Under the pieces are notes generated by a model. It did not search any database and was not told the origin of the DNA. It saw nothing but the letters and a program-made list of their open reading frames with translations. From a virus (lineage: Duplodnaviria > Caudoviricetes), in the IMG/VR virus record IMGVR_UViG_3300032334_000389, positions 1 to 58,656 of that record: a DNA stretch of 58,656 nt. The stretch is one strand, 5' to 3'. Below are positions 34,917 to 46,500 of this stretch, piece after piece. The position numbers were made by a program, and so were the translations under genes. Positions within the stretch are counted from its first letter, which is position 1. Each line of letters begins with the position of its first letter.

Positions 34917-37900
34917 ATGGATTTAAATACTACGTTCCTTAAAGGAAGAATGAATAAGTCCTTTGACGAAAGAGTTCTTCCAGATGGAGAATATATTGAC
35001 GCGTTAAATATAAGAATAGGATCTACTGAAAACAATAGCGTTGGTGCTATTGAAAATTCATTGGGTAACACTAAGATTACCTCTATTCTTTATGAAGGAA
35101 ATCCTTTATCTACTAACGCTAGATGTATTGGAGCGTATGAGGATAGCCAGCACGAGACAATATACTGGTTTGTAACAGATCCAGAAAATGTAGATATGGT
35201 CCTGTCTTATAACGATAGAACTAATACACTTCTATACCACGTTATATCAACTACCGTACTTAACTTTGATACACAGTACTTAGTAAATGGAATAGATTTA
35301 ATTGACGGTCTATTATTCTGGACGGATAATTATAATCCTCCTAGAAGAATAAATGTAAATAGTCAATATGCATACCCAACTATGGGGGTTGATAACATTA
35401 CGGAAGACGATATATCTGTAATTGTTGCGCCACCATTAGAGTCTCCTACTATAGTTCCGTTGACAGCATCAACAGAAAAGAACTATATAAACGATAAGTT
35501 TGTGTCATTTTCTTATAGATATAAGTATAAGGATGGTGAATACAGCGCGTTGTCTCAGTTTAGTGATATAGCGTTTACGCCTAATAACTTCTTTCTTGAC
35601 TTTACAAGTTATACGAATGGAGCTATGGAGAATATATTTAACTCGTACAACGTATTATTTAATACAGGAAATGAAAATGTAGTGCAGTTAGACTTATGCT
35701 TTAAGTTATCAGATTCAAGTATTGTAAATATTATTGAAAGGTATAACAAGTATGAGCAGGGATGGGGAGATAATCAGATAAAGTCTATTATATTTGACAA
35801 CAAAAAGATATACACCGCGCTTCCAAATTCAGAGCTAACAAGATTATTTGATAACGTACCTCGTATAGCTAAGTCTCAGACCACTATGGGTAACAGACTT
35901 ATGTACGGTAACTATGTTGATGGTTACGATATTGATACTAATATTAATTATGTGATTTCTGGAGTTAGTGAGGAAATAGGAGGTAAATCTTTAAATGTTT
36001 TTACGGATAATGGATTATATAATATAGACGCATCAAATCCTAAAAATATTCCAAGCGCTATTATAAAAATAGACTTTACAGGTGCAGATATTAAAACTGG
36101 ATCTTTATTGTCAATAAATTTTAGACTGTATCATTACACATTTTCTGGAGATCCTTCCTATGCATTAGAAGGGGTTTTAAATGAGTTTGAATTTTTTTTT
36201 AATTTTAATGTAACAAACGATTTTCCTAATGCGTATCAGTTATCTCAAAACCAAGCATTTATAAACGCAATATATACACATAATCCAATAGCTGAATGCG
36301 GGACTGGATTCTCTTTAACAGATAAATTCAACTGCAGTATGACAACTGTGGTAACATCTCCTCCAGAATGGGATATTGAAGGAACAGGGATAACCGCAGT
36401 TGATCAGGGTTTTACAATAATATCGTCTCCAACAGAGCCAAACATTATAAAGTTACAGATACCTGCGATAAAATTTGTAACAGATCCACCTGATTTAATA
36501 GCGTACGAGTACCTGACAGATATAGGGACTACTGCTTCAATATCAACATTAGAAAATAAAAGAAGTCTACACAGCAATAGAGACTATGAGGTTGCTATTG
36601 TTTATCAGGATGAATATTTAAGAAGCTCTACTGCATTAGTTTGCGATCGTAATACGGTATTTTTTCCAGCGTCTACGTCTGATCTTAAAAACTATATAGT
36701 TGCTAAGATACAGAATCTTGCGCCCACTTGGGCTAAGAGATATAAGTTTGTTGTTAAGCCGTCAAAGACTAAGTACGAAACTATATATACAAACTTATTC
36801 TTCCAAGATGACGATGGTTTTGTGTGGTTTAAATTGGACGGAGAAAATATAAGTAAGGCAAAGATTGGTGAAAGATTAACCGTTAAAAGAGATTCTAACG
36901 GAGCTATGAATAACCTCGTTACTGTTACTGTTCTTGATGTTAAGTCTCAGTCTAATAATTTTATATCTGGCCCTGGATCTGTAGTTTATGAGCCCGCTGG
37001 AGTTTATATGAAGATGAGAGTTTCAAATTTTGAGGTTATTTATGATAAAAATTCTTTTATACAAATAGGTGCTCAAGGCGTATATAATGGTAGTAGTTAT
37101 ACTAATTTATACTGGGATCTTTCGTATGCAAATCCAAGTTATAATCCATCAATCCCTATAGATGCAGAAAATCAACCTAGGATACCTTATAAAATAACAG
37201 CTGGTAGTATCGTAAAGTTTAATATAAGGATGTGGAGAGATGGTGCTAGTGCAGATGCAGACTGCGGATCTAGAACATATGATTATGTAAGAACTGTTAT
37301 AGCCAATCAGGACTACGAAAACTTATATTTATTAGCTAGAGGGGAGGGAATAAACTTTGAGGATGGTTCAGTAGGTGGAGACGATGATACTATGAACGGA
37401 AACGAATATAATCAGACGTTAGGAGTTTTTGCTCCTGTTTCTGTTCGAATAGGTTTTGTTACAAGAGAATTTTATTTTATTCCTCCATATTGGCCAGCCC
37501 CTCCTTATTTTGCACCTGGGTTAAATAGATTTATGTTTCAGAGGATTGATCCTGAAAGCCCTTATTCACCAGGACTAATAGGCGGATATTATTTTGTTGC
37601 CCAGTCAGGGACTCCAAGGTGCAGTGGTAAGGGTTCTTATGTAGAGGGTGAGATTACAATACAGCTAGCAACATCTCTTATTGTTTTTGAGACAGAACCT
37701 CTTGATGCTGATGGAGAGACTTTTTATGAAGGAAGCGATAGTTTTCCAATCGTAGATAGATTCCATATGAGCGGAACAGAGCCTGCAGATAGTAATCAGA
37801 CATCCGATACAGATCCTAATGGATTCGGTGTTGTGACTATCAACTCATTCGACTGCTTTTCTTTTGGTAACGGTGTTGAGTCTTATAAAATAAATGATTC

Positions 37901-39953
37901 TATTGTTGGCGATCCTTTTTATTTAGGTTCCAGAGTTACAGCTGTAGCTCAGGAGCAGTATAGAGAAGCTCATAGATATGCCTCTATAACCTATAGTGGA
38001 ATATACAATGCTGAGACAAATATAAATAAATTAAACGAGTTCAATCTGTCATTGGCAAACTTCAAGGACTTAGAGAAATCATTTGGACCTATTAACAAGT
38101 TGTACGCAAGACGTACAGATGTTTTAGTATTACAGGAGGACAAGATATCATATATATTATCTGGTAAGAACTTATTGTCTGACTCCGCTGGAGGTGGACA
38201 GATCGCATCTATACCAGAGGTTTTGGGTACTCAGATTGCAAGAACTGAGGACTACGGTATCAGTAATAATCCTGAGAGCTTCGCTGTATTAGGTGGAGAG
38301 GTTTACTTTACCGACATAAAAAGAAATGTAGTACTTAACCTTAGAGGCGGATCAGCTCAGGGCGATGCCCTTAGTGTTATATCTGATATGGGTATGAAGT
38401 ACTGGTTTAGAGATGAGTTTAAGAACTCACAAAATTATTTTAAGATAGGTGGATACGATCCATATATGGACGAGTATGTGCTTCACCTTACTGAGAATGC
38501 TATGCCAACAGATCCAGATATTTTTGGCTGTGGAATTAAAGTATCTAAACAAAATATTAACGGACTTTATGAGTTTATTGTTGATCTTGGTAATCAGATA
38601 GGTAATGTAACTATTGATCTATCCTTATTTAGTGGAGAGGTACATATTGTAGCAAATTATGACGGTGTCGATGTGGTTGATGAAGTTATAAACATTCAGG
38701 ATGACTACTCGTTTACATTTGAAAAGTTATCGGTATTTCCTAATACGGTTAATATAAAAATAACGTCTGTTAATGCATCATTCTCAATTAATACAAACTG
38801 CGTAAGTGTTGTAGACTACATAAATGTTTATAGAGTTGTTTACAATAGCCCAGGGCTAGAGGATCAAACAATACATAATAGTTACGGATGGAGTTTAGGA
38901 ACTTATAACAGCCCACTAAGCACTGACTTTATAACTATGGAGGCTGATGGCGTGTCATTATATGATAGTCAGTTTGGAGGATTATCTCAGGGTATGATAC
39001 CAGCGGACGGAAGTAATATAACACTGATTTCAGATAAGAGAATTGGAGATACATTTACATTTAATCCTGTTTTAAACTCGTTTAAATATTTAATTTCTAA
39101 TAACTTATATACCGCAAGTGAGTTGCTTCCTTTATTGAGCACTATAACTCCAGTAACTGGAACGTATCAGGCTGTTATAAACTCTGCTAGTTTGGCAGGT
39201 TTTGATTATTTATATTTGGTTTGGGATTATAGAAGTGTAATAGAAATAACACTATGTTATGATGAGACTAACCCTTACACTTTATGTTGTGATTGTGCCG
39301 TATCTGATATGTTCTACATAGACTCAGACTCTTTTATAACCGCCACAGGTGTTTGGATTGATGAAAGTCAGACCACTATTGCTTCTGATGGGTTCTATAT
39401 GATTGACGGAACGTATAGACAGCTTTTAGAAGGGGTACTATTAGATCCTGTACCTTGCCCTGGATGTACTCCAGAGACTAAATGTTTTGTAGGTTTATGG
39501 GAAGAGGGAGATCCAGAGCATCCTGAAGGAGGAAGTATTACCTATATAAATGTAGATGGAGATACTGTAACACAGGATATGATATGGTTAGGAGATAATG
39601 TGGCTATAGTTTACCTATCAATAATTTCTTATATAGGTGTTGAAGAGACAATTTGTTATATTCCTTTAGCTTATAGAACTACAGGTAATAATGAAGGGGA
39701 TATAAGTTGCTCAACAGAAAGCCCTGCATTTGTTAATTTTTACATATATGGTGCAAATTTAGGATGTTTAGTTGAGACAGGATACATAGCTTTAAATACA
39801 AACAGTATATTAGATACGTTTAATGGATTGAATAAGTATTACTTAGTTTATTTAGCATTATGCCCTGATACAGCAAATACTTATCTTGTTCAAATAGGAA
39901 CAGATGGATATATAACAGTAATAGAAGCTTGTCCACCACCACCACCATCATAA
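34917..39953 (+). CDS. Tail stabilisation/nozzle protein (P22 gp10 / crAss muzzle-like), 1678 aa
   Basis: F..GRMNKSFDERVLPDGEYIDALNIR N-terminus, LFWTDNYNPPRRIN, YGISNNPESFA, GGYDP. Confidence 0.7.
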   Translation: MDLNTTFLKGRMNKSFDERVLPDGEYIDALNIRIGSTENNSVGAIENSLGNTKITSILYEGNPLSTNARCIGAYEDSQHETIYWFVTDPENVDMVLSYNDRTNTLLYHVISTTVLNFDTQYLVNGIDLIDGLLFWTDNYNPPRRINVNSQYAYPTMGVDNITEDDISVIVAPPLESPTIVPLTASTEKNYINDKFVSFSYRYKYKDGEYSALSQFSDIAFTPNNFFLDFTSYTNGAMENIFNSYNVLFNTGNENVVQLDLCFKLSDSSIVNIIERYNKYEQGWGDNQIKSIIFDNKKIYTALPNSELTRLFDNVPRIAKSQTTMGNRLMYGNYVDGYDIDTNINYVISGVSEEIGGKSLNVFTDNGLYNIDASNPKNIPSAIIKIDFTGADIKTGSLLSINFRLYHYTFSGDPSYALEGVLNEFEFFFNFNVTNDFPNAYQLSQNQAFINAIYTHNPIAECGTGFSLTDKFNCSMTTVVTSPPEWDIEGTGITAVDQGFTIISSPTEPNIIKLQIPAIKFVTDPPDLIAYEYLTDIGTTASISTLENKRSLHSNRDYEVAIVYQDEYLRSSTALVCDRNTVFFPASTSDLKNYIVAKIQNLAPTWAKRYKFVVKPSKTKYETIYTNLFFQDDDGFVWFKLDGENISKAKIGERLTVKRDSNGAMNNLVTVTVLDVKSQSNNFISGPGSVVYEPAGVYMKMRVSNFEVIYDKNSFIQIGAQGVYNGSSYTNLYWDLSYANPSYNPSIPIDAENQPRIPYKITAGSIVKFNIRMWRDGASADADCGSRTYDYVRTVIANQDYENLYLLARGEGINFEDGSVGGDDDTMNGNEYNQTLGVFAPVSVRIGFVTREFYFIPPYWPAPPYFAPGLNRFMFQRIDPESPYSPGLIGGYYFVAQSGTPRCSGKGSYVEGEITIQLATSLIVFETEPLDADGETFYEGSDSFPIVDRFHMSGTEPADSNQTSDTDPNGFGVVTINSFDCFSFGNGVESYKINDSIVGDPFYLGSRVTAVAQEQYREAHRYASITYSGIYNAETNINKLNEFNLSLANFKDLEKSFGPINKLYARRTDVLVLQEDKISYILSGKNLLSDSAGGGQIASIPEVLGTQIARTEDYGISNNPESFAVLGGEVYFTDIKRNVVLNLRGGSAQGDALSVISDMGMKYWFRDEFKNSQNYFKIGGYDPYMDEYVLHLTENAMPTDPDIFGCGIKVSKQNINGLYEFIVDLGNQIGNVTIDLSLFSGEVHIVANYDGVDVVDEVINIQDDYSFTFEKLSVFPNTVNIKITSVNASFSINTNCVSVVDYINVYRVVYNSPGLEDQTIHNSYGWSLGTYNSPLSTDFITMEADGVSLYDSQFGGLSQGMIPADGSNITLISDKRIGDTFTFNPVLNSFKYLISNNLYTASELLPLLSTITPVTGTYQAVINSASLAGFDYLYLVWDYRSVIEITLCYDETNPYTLCCDCAVSDMFYIDSDSFITATGVWIDESQTTIASDGFYMIDGTYRQLLEGVLLDPVPCPGCTPETKCFVGLWEEGDPEHPEGGSITYINVDGDTVTQDMIWLGDNVAIVYLSIISYIGVEETICYIPLAYRTTGNNEGDISCSTESPAFVNFYIYGANLGCLVETGYIALNTNSILDTFNGLNKYYLVYLALCPDTANTYLVQIGTDGYITVIEACPPPPPS

Positions 39954-39962
39954 AATTAAACT

Positions 39963-40751
39963 ATGAAGTATACACTAACATATAATAAGAATGTAGAGGG
40001 ATGGACATCATTCTTTTCATACCACCCAGAGATGATGGTTGGTATGAACGGAGCGTTCTATTCCTTTAAGGGTGGTGAGCTTTATAAGCACAACACGAAT
40101 GTTAACAGGAACACATTCTACCAGGACTGGTGGAACGAGGTGAATCATTTATACCCGTCACCAAACGCGTTTCAACCTACTAAGGTAACATCTGTATTTA
40201 ATGACGAGCCTCTTACTATTAAGAACTTCAAGACTATTGCAACCTATGGTAACAAGCCGTGGGACTGCTCTATTATGACGGACCTATCTACTGGAGATAT
40301 AGATGCTACGTACTTTACAGAGAAGGAGGGGAACTGGTTTGCTTATATTCGTAACCTGTCAGGTGATAATAATCTTAAACTTCGATTTTCTCAGGGCGTT
40401 GGTTCTGTTAATTTGGTTGAGAGTCCAGGGACTGCTGCTACAGTATTAAACTTTACATTTAATATTGGAACTATATTAAGTATTGGAGACTTGGCCTACA
40501 GAAATAATGCTGGAGCTATAGAGTTTATAGGTAATATTACAGGATTCACTAATACGTCTATAATAATAAATAATACGCCTCCATTGGCTAACCCAGTTAA
40601 CGACGGAGACTACATACTGTACATAAAGAATAGTGTTGCTGAGTCTTATGGTGCGCGTGGATACTATATGCAGTACGAGTTAGAGAACTATGCAAGGGAC
40701 AGGGTTGAACTATTCTCAGTAAAATCAAACGTATTTAAAAGTTATCCTTAA
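39963..40751 (+). CDS. Tail protein (probably the complementary C-terminal part of the stabilisation-protein fold)
   Basis: GWTSFFSYHPE, F.EKEGNWFAYI, GARGYYM. Confidence 0.55.
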   Translation: MKYTLTYNKNVEGWTSFFSYHPEMMVGMNGAFYSFKGGELYKHNTNVNRNTFYQDWWNEVNHLYPSPNAFQPTKVTSVFNDEPLTIKNFKTIATYGNKPWDCSIMTDLSTGDIDATYFTEKEGNWFAYIRNLSGDNNLKLRFSQGVGSVNLVESPGTAATVLNFTFNIGTILSIGDLAYRNNAGAIEFIGNITGFTNTSIIINNTPPLANPVNDGDYILYIKNSVAESYGARGYYMQYELENYARDRVELFSVKSNVFKSYP

Positions 40752-40757
40752 AATTAT

Positions 40758-40765
40758 TATCTTTG
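40758..40765 (+). promoter_or_regulatory. Bacteroidota -7 box, probably giving a leaderless mRNA
   Basis: TATCTTTG ends 4 nt before the ATG at 40770. Confidence 0.55.
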
Positions 40766-40769
40766 CATA

Positions 40770-41165
40770 ATGCATCAGTGTAGATTAGAAAACAAGGAGG
40801 ATTTTTATAGCACGTTGTGTATGTGGTGGGATGAATGGAATTTTCCACACGTGTCATACACATCACTACCTAAGAGAATATTTGTTGTTAGTAACGATGA
40901 TGTTGACTTATATGCTATGCCAGTTTATGTTGGGGATTCAGATATATGTATGATGGGGTTTGTAACAGGTAATAAAAAGGCAGCAAAAAAATTAAGAAAT
41001 GGAGCATTAAATAGTCTTAATAAGTATATTCAAGAGATTATGAAGAACTCTGGGTATAGAATAATTATGACAGTTACTGGCACTCCAGTTTTAAAGAAAA
41101 TGTTTTCAGATGAAGACTATATATTATCAGGAAAAGATTATAACGAATATATAAAGGTATTATAA
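40770..41165 (+). CDS. Putative GNAT-like protein preceding the ejection genes
   Basis: Size, alpha/beta pattern and position analogous to podoviral internal protein A. Confidence 0.4.
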   Translation: MHQCRLENKEDFYSTLCMWWDEWNFPHVSYTSLPKRIFVVSNDDVDLYAMPVYVGDSDICMMGFVTGNKKAAKKLRNGALNSLNKYIQEIMKNSGYRIIMTVTGTPVLKKMFSDEDYILSGKDYNEYIKVL

Positions 41166-41166
41166 T

Positions 41167-42027
41167 ATGGGACAACAAGCGGCTGCTGTTACAGCACCAA
41201 GTTCAAATACAAATTTTTCACAATATGCTAATGCTATACCAAGTAGTGTAGGATATACTCCAAATGTTAACAATACAGCATCAAGTGCTTTAGGTGCTGC
41301 CTCAGCTTTAGCTGGACCTGCATCAGGATTAGCTGCTGCTACACCATTTGTAGGTTTAGGACTTACATTAGCTTCAACATATATGTCTTCTGTAGGAGCA
41401 AAAAAGGCTGCAAATGCACAGGCGGCTGCACAAAGAGAAGCTGAAAAGGCGGCAGAGGAGATGAAGAGGTTAACAGCTCAGAATGAGTATGCAGCAATAC
41501 AGGTTCCAGTACAGGCTTACGAAAGAGCATTTAGAGCGAACACTGCTGCTGAAGGACAGGCTATAAACGCTCTATCTCAGGATCAACGTTCTTTGATTGG
41601 AGGTATTCAGGGAGTTCACGAGGCTGGTATTGAAGGTCAAGCACAAAATACAGAGCGTCTGGCTGATAGACTTTACAATGACGCTATGGCTAAAGCTGGT
41701 GTTAGAACAGGAATAAATCAAAACCTAGCTAAAATATATTCTGACGAGGCTCAGGGTGCTCAGATTGCTGCTATGGCCGCTGAGAAGGCTAAGATAGCAC
41801 AGCAACAGGCTACACTTCAAGGAGTTGGTGGACTTGTTACTCAGGGTATGGGTATGATTGGAACTTACGGAGGACTAGCTAACGAAGGAGATAAACTGCA
41901 GACTTTATTAGGAGGAACTTCTTTTGCAAGACCAGCTGCTCAAACTAATCAGGCTCAACTTCTTCAAATGTTATCTCAAAACCCTAATCTACTTACGCAG
42001 TTATTAGGACAACAAAAAACAATATAA
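41167..42027 (+). CDS. Internal virion/ejection protein
   Basis: Ala/Gly/Gln-rich with a hydrophobic segment followed by coiled coil. Confidence 0.6.
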   Translation: MGQQAAAVTAPSSNTNFSQYANAIPSSVGYTPNVNNTASSALGAASALAGPASGLAAATPFVGLGLTLASTYMSSVGAKKAANAQAAAQREAEKAAEEMKRLTAQNEYAAIQVPVQAYERAFRANTAAEGQAINALSQDQRSLIGGIQGVHEAGIEGQAQNTERLADRLYNDAMAKAGVRTGINQNLAKIYSDEAQGAQIAAMAAEKAKIAQQQATLQGVGGLVTQGMGMIGTYGGLANEGDKLQTLLGGTSFARPAAQTNQAQLLQMLSQNPNLLTQLLGQQKTI

Positions 42028-42030
42028 TTT

Positions 42031-43536
42031 ATGGCTACTTACTATAAGTATCAAAATCCATCAGAGATAGGTGCAGCTCCAACGCTTGATTGGGGTAGCG
42101 TAATTAGTAATGTAAATGAGAATTTACAGAGACAAGAGCAACAGCGTTATGAGAATAGAGAGGCTGATAAGAAGCTTACTAACGATATACTTACAAAGGC
42201 TAACGAGGTAAGTCTAACAAGTGATCCTAATCTTAACGCACTTATAACCAATATGGGTTATGATGCTAAAAGAAACGTATTTGAATTACAAAAAAAGTTA
42301 GAATCTGGTCAGATATCAAGATCTGACTTTACTATAGCCAACCAGAACACTTCAGCTAGTATAGGTCAACTAAACCAGTTCACAAAGACTTATGGTGCTG
42401 ACTATGATAAGTATCTAAAGGACGTTCAGGAAGGAAAGACATCTGCCTATGCGGACTTTATGCAGAAGTGGAAGGGTGGATTTCAGAATTTTAAGGATAA
42501 AAAGTTAGTTCACAACCCTAATGACGGAAGACTTTATGTGGCTGAGTTAGATGATAAAGGAAAAGTTAAAGAAGGTCCTCTTGGGATGGTTCCTATGTCA
42601 ACACTTGTAGAGGTTAAGAACTTTGACGATAAAAAGATAGACGTTCTTGCTGAGACAAATAAGTATGCAGAGCAATTAAAACCTTTTGTTGAAATGGTTA
42701 GAAGTGGTAAGATAGAGAGCTTAGAGGCTCTATCTAATATGCCTAATTTTAATGACTTTGTAAATAACGTTACAGAGGCTGTTGCTAAAAACGAGAAAGG
42801 ATACGCAAGTATATTGACAGACACTGATGGAAATTATTTCATAACAGGGAATGGCACGTCAATGAATAAGGAGATAGGTCTTAAGAATAACGGAGCTGGC
42901 GAGATGATTCCTATTATAACTGATGAACAAAAAAATAGAGCAAGAGATATAGTAAAAGAGTACCTTATTGCTCAGACTGGAATTAAAGAGACTGGTACTG
43001 CTGTGTTTGCTCCTCAAAGAGCAGCTAGTGGAGGAGGTAAAGGTAAGAAAGAACCTCCTGTTGCTACAGTTTATGACTTTAAATTAGCTGGAGGAAGAAC
43101 CAAGGGCGAAGGTCAAACGGGTGTTTATAGTTTTACATCTCAGGTTCCTATAGTTGACGACAGTACAGGTCTTAAAAGAAGTCTTAAGAACTTTTATTTT
43201 GATACTAAAAACCCAGAAAATATTAGAGCGGTTATAACTATACAAGACAAAGACGATCCGACTAAAACAAAGGACGTTAGTTATAGTAGCTTTAAGAGGA
43301 CTGAAAAAATACCGTCTACAAGACCTGGTGGTAAAGCAAGGTATGTAGAGCAGAATCCAGACTTGGCAGAACTTAATAACTGGGCATCTAAGATATACGA
43401 TCCCGCACAAGGAAGATTCTTAGAGGACTGGACAGAGTTAAGACCTTACCTTTTAGGTAAGTCTCAAGGTAGAACTGCTGCTACTCCTGCTGCCAAAAAC
43501 ACACAACAGAGTTTAAGAACTAAATATAATTATTAA
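42031..43536 (+). CDS. Internal virion/ejection protein (501 aa)
   Basis: Position between the small and the giant ejection-type genes. Confidence 0.55.
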   Translation: MATYYKYQNPSEIGAAPTLDWGSVISNVNENLQRQEQQRYENREADKKLTNDILTKANEVSLTSDPNLNALITNMGYDAKRNVFELQKKLESGQISRSDFTIANQNTSASIGQLNQFTKTYGADYDKYLKDVQEGKTSAYADFMQKWKGGFQNFKDKKLVHNPNDGRLYVAELDDKGKVKEGPLGMVPMSTLVEVKNFDDKKIDVLAETNKYAEQLKPFVEMVRSGKIESLEALSNMPNFNDFVNNVTEAVAKNEKGYASILTDTDGNYFITGNGTSMNKEIGLKNNGAGEMIPIITDEQKNRARDIVKEYLIAQTGIKETGTAVFAPQRAASGGGKGKKEPPVATVYDFKLAGGRTKGEGQTGVYSFTSQVPIVDDSTGLKRSLKNFYFDTKNPENIRAVITIQDKDDPTKTKDVSYSSFKRTEKIPSTRPGGKARYVEQNPDLAELNNWASKIYDPAQGRFLEDWTELRPYLLGKSQGRTAATPAAKNTQQSLRTKYNY

Positions 43537-43538
43537 TT

Positions 43539-46500
43539 ATGCCTGACGGAATAGTATTATCAGAGCAAGATAGAGCAAAACTAGATGGAATTGTTCAAAA
43601 AATGATGGCTAATAAGGAATCTGAAGACAACATTAGATTTGTTGTTGATGATTTTAAAAATAAGTATGGTTTAAAAAAAAAAGAGTCTTCAGAACCTATT
43701 GGACAAGAAAAGTCTGGGGTATCTCCTGCGAAACCTATTCAACAAGGTACTTCATTGGATACAGAGCCACCAACAAGAGCGCAGGCTTCGGTTGCTTTAG
43801 GTGGTCCAACTAAACTATTCGGACAGGAGGAAGAGAAACGTCCTACGTCTATTATGTATGGAAATGAACCTAAAAAAGAAGGGTTTATTCCTCCATCTAC
43901 TCCTATTGACACAGAGCAGTCTATAAAGTATCTTGAAAAGAAAAATAAAATAAAACCAGGGAAAGAATTTAATGTAGAGGAGTACGAGAGAAATAGAAAG
44001 GAAATTGATAGGCTTAAGGCTATTAAAAAGAAAACTCCTGCAGAAGAACCTGTTGATGATATATTTACATATCAGTTTAATAATGTAAGAGACTTAAATA
44101 ATTACACGTCAAAAGCAAAAGAAGAAGTAGATGCAGAGGTTAATAACACTGGGTTTTTAAATGTTATAAAGTCTGGACTATCATCTGCGTACAATACTGT
44201 TGTGTCTGGTATTGGTAAATTAGCAGACCTAACTCCTCAAGATATAAGTGCTGTTCAAATAGAAAAAAATCCAATAGCTAAAGAAATTTCAGAGGTTAAA
44301 TCAGATCCTAAGAATTCAAAACTAACAGGAGAAGAGATAAACTTTAAGGCTTATCAGTTAGCTATAGAAAATAAGGCTAAGAGTCTTAGAAACTCTCAAA
44401 CTGATAATTACCTAGAATCTATTCCTGAAGATGTTAAAAATAATCTACAATTTAATAAGGTAGATGACCTTAAAACTATTGATGATAACACTAGAAAAGT
44501 AGTAAAGGTTAGAGACTCTTATTTAGCTTCATTAGAGAATGACTACATAAGATTAAACCAATTACAACAAGAAAATCAAGATCAAAACGAAATATCTAAC
44601 GTAGAGAATAGGATAAAATCTAACACCGAATACATTAAAAAGTTAGACAAGTCTATATATGGTTTAGATAGAAAGCACGGAAGTGCTGAAGAGGAGGTTG
44701 ACTTGTTAAAAAGAAACTATGATATGTTGTATAACATATCTGGAAGGGTTACTCAAGGAACTTTAAATGCCTTAATAACTACTGGAGATATGATTGCTGA
44801 TTTTATACTTCCTGAATCTGAAAATAATCCTGAATACATAAATAGATTAAAAAAATCTAAGGATGAATTAGTTTCAGAAACAGTAAATAGTGTAAGTGGA
44901 TTAAGTGATACGTTTAGAAAGGACATAAAAGACGTAAATAATGTAAATGACTTTATTAACTGGTCTTCTGATGTGCTTGCTGTTCAAACTCCTAATCTTG
45001 TTGCAGCATCTACTGGTAATCCAGGGTTAGCAATTATGGGAGCTACTAGTATGGCACAGAAAAGGTTTGATATGAAGCAGGAGGTCATTAATGGAACAGC
45101 TAAATATGATGACCTACAGATGTTTGCTATACCATTATTATGGGGTGGGGCAGAGGTAGTATCTGAAATACCTACAGTAAATATATTAAAAAAGGCAGGG
45201 TTAGCTACATCTGCTATAAATGCTGATGACGTATTAAAGAGAGAGTTAGTTAATTCTACATTTAATAATTTTTTAAAGACTGGGAAAGAATACTCTAAGG
45301 ATCAGTTTAAAGAAAATGCTGGTGAGTTGTTTACAAATGTAGTTCAGAACTCTATGGATAAGTATTTATTAGGTAAAAAGGACGTAGGTATTTTTGATAA
45401 CTCAGAAGAAATCTTAAAGGATACATTCCTTATGACATCAATGCTTCAGTCATCTCCTCATATAGCTGGTGCTGTTATAAAACCATTTACATCTCCAGAA
45501 TACACTAATGTATTAGATAATAACTCAAAACAGATATTAAGCCTTAATAAATTAATAGGCGATAAGAATGTTTCTGAGGAAGTAAAGTCTGTGGCTAAAA
45601 ATAAAATAGCTGGACTAAACGCTGAGAGCGGAGCTATAGTAAATAAGGTTGTTTCTTCTATAGACAGTATGTCTGATGTTAGTAAGAGCAGGATAGCAAA
45701 AATAGAGAAGGAGCAGTCTGAACTAAGAGCCAAGGCTTCTGAAATAACAGAGGATAAGACTATTGATGTAAATACAAAGAAAGATTTATTAAACACTTTA
45801 AAGTCTCAATTCAAGTTAGTTGAGGATGAGCGAGTAAATATACTTAGTGGTAAAACTACCGTTGAAGAGATGAGTGTGAACGCTACTGTTCCAGAAGTAG
45901 TTGTAGAAACTAAACCTATTGAAGTAAAAGAAATAGTTACTCCAAAGGAAGATTTAACTGCTGGTAAAGGATTATTTTCAGAACCTGTAGACCACGTAAT
46001 AAAAACTTCAGAAGATTATAAGAAATCTAAAGGAATTACTATTGATGCTGGAGAAAGAATAATTGATATAGACGTAGAAAATTCTAAGAAAATAGCCGAT
46101 GCTTATGATGAAATGGAGAGTAATCCAAATGATCCTGAGGTTAAAGCTGCGTATAATGCAATGGCTAATGAAACTGTTGATCAGTTCAAATATCTAATAG
46201 ATAATGGATATAATGTTGAATTGTACGATGGAAAAACTGAGCCTTATAAAAATTCTGAAGAAATGCTTAAGGATCTTAGAGACAATAAGCACCTATATGT
46301 TTTTTCAACTGAGGAAGGATTTGGAGATACACCTATAACTGAAAAAGACAGACAAGAAAATCCTTTATTAAAAGATAGTGGTTTTACAGATAAGAACGGT
46401 AAGAAACTATTAATTAATGATGCCTTTAGATTTGTTCATGATATTTTTGGACACGGAGAAAGAGGTAATTCATTTGGAGCTAAGGGGGAGGAAAATGCTT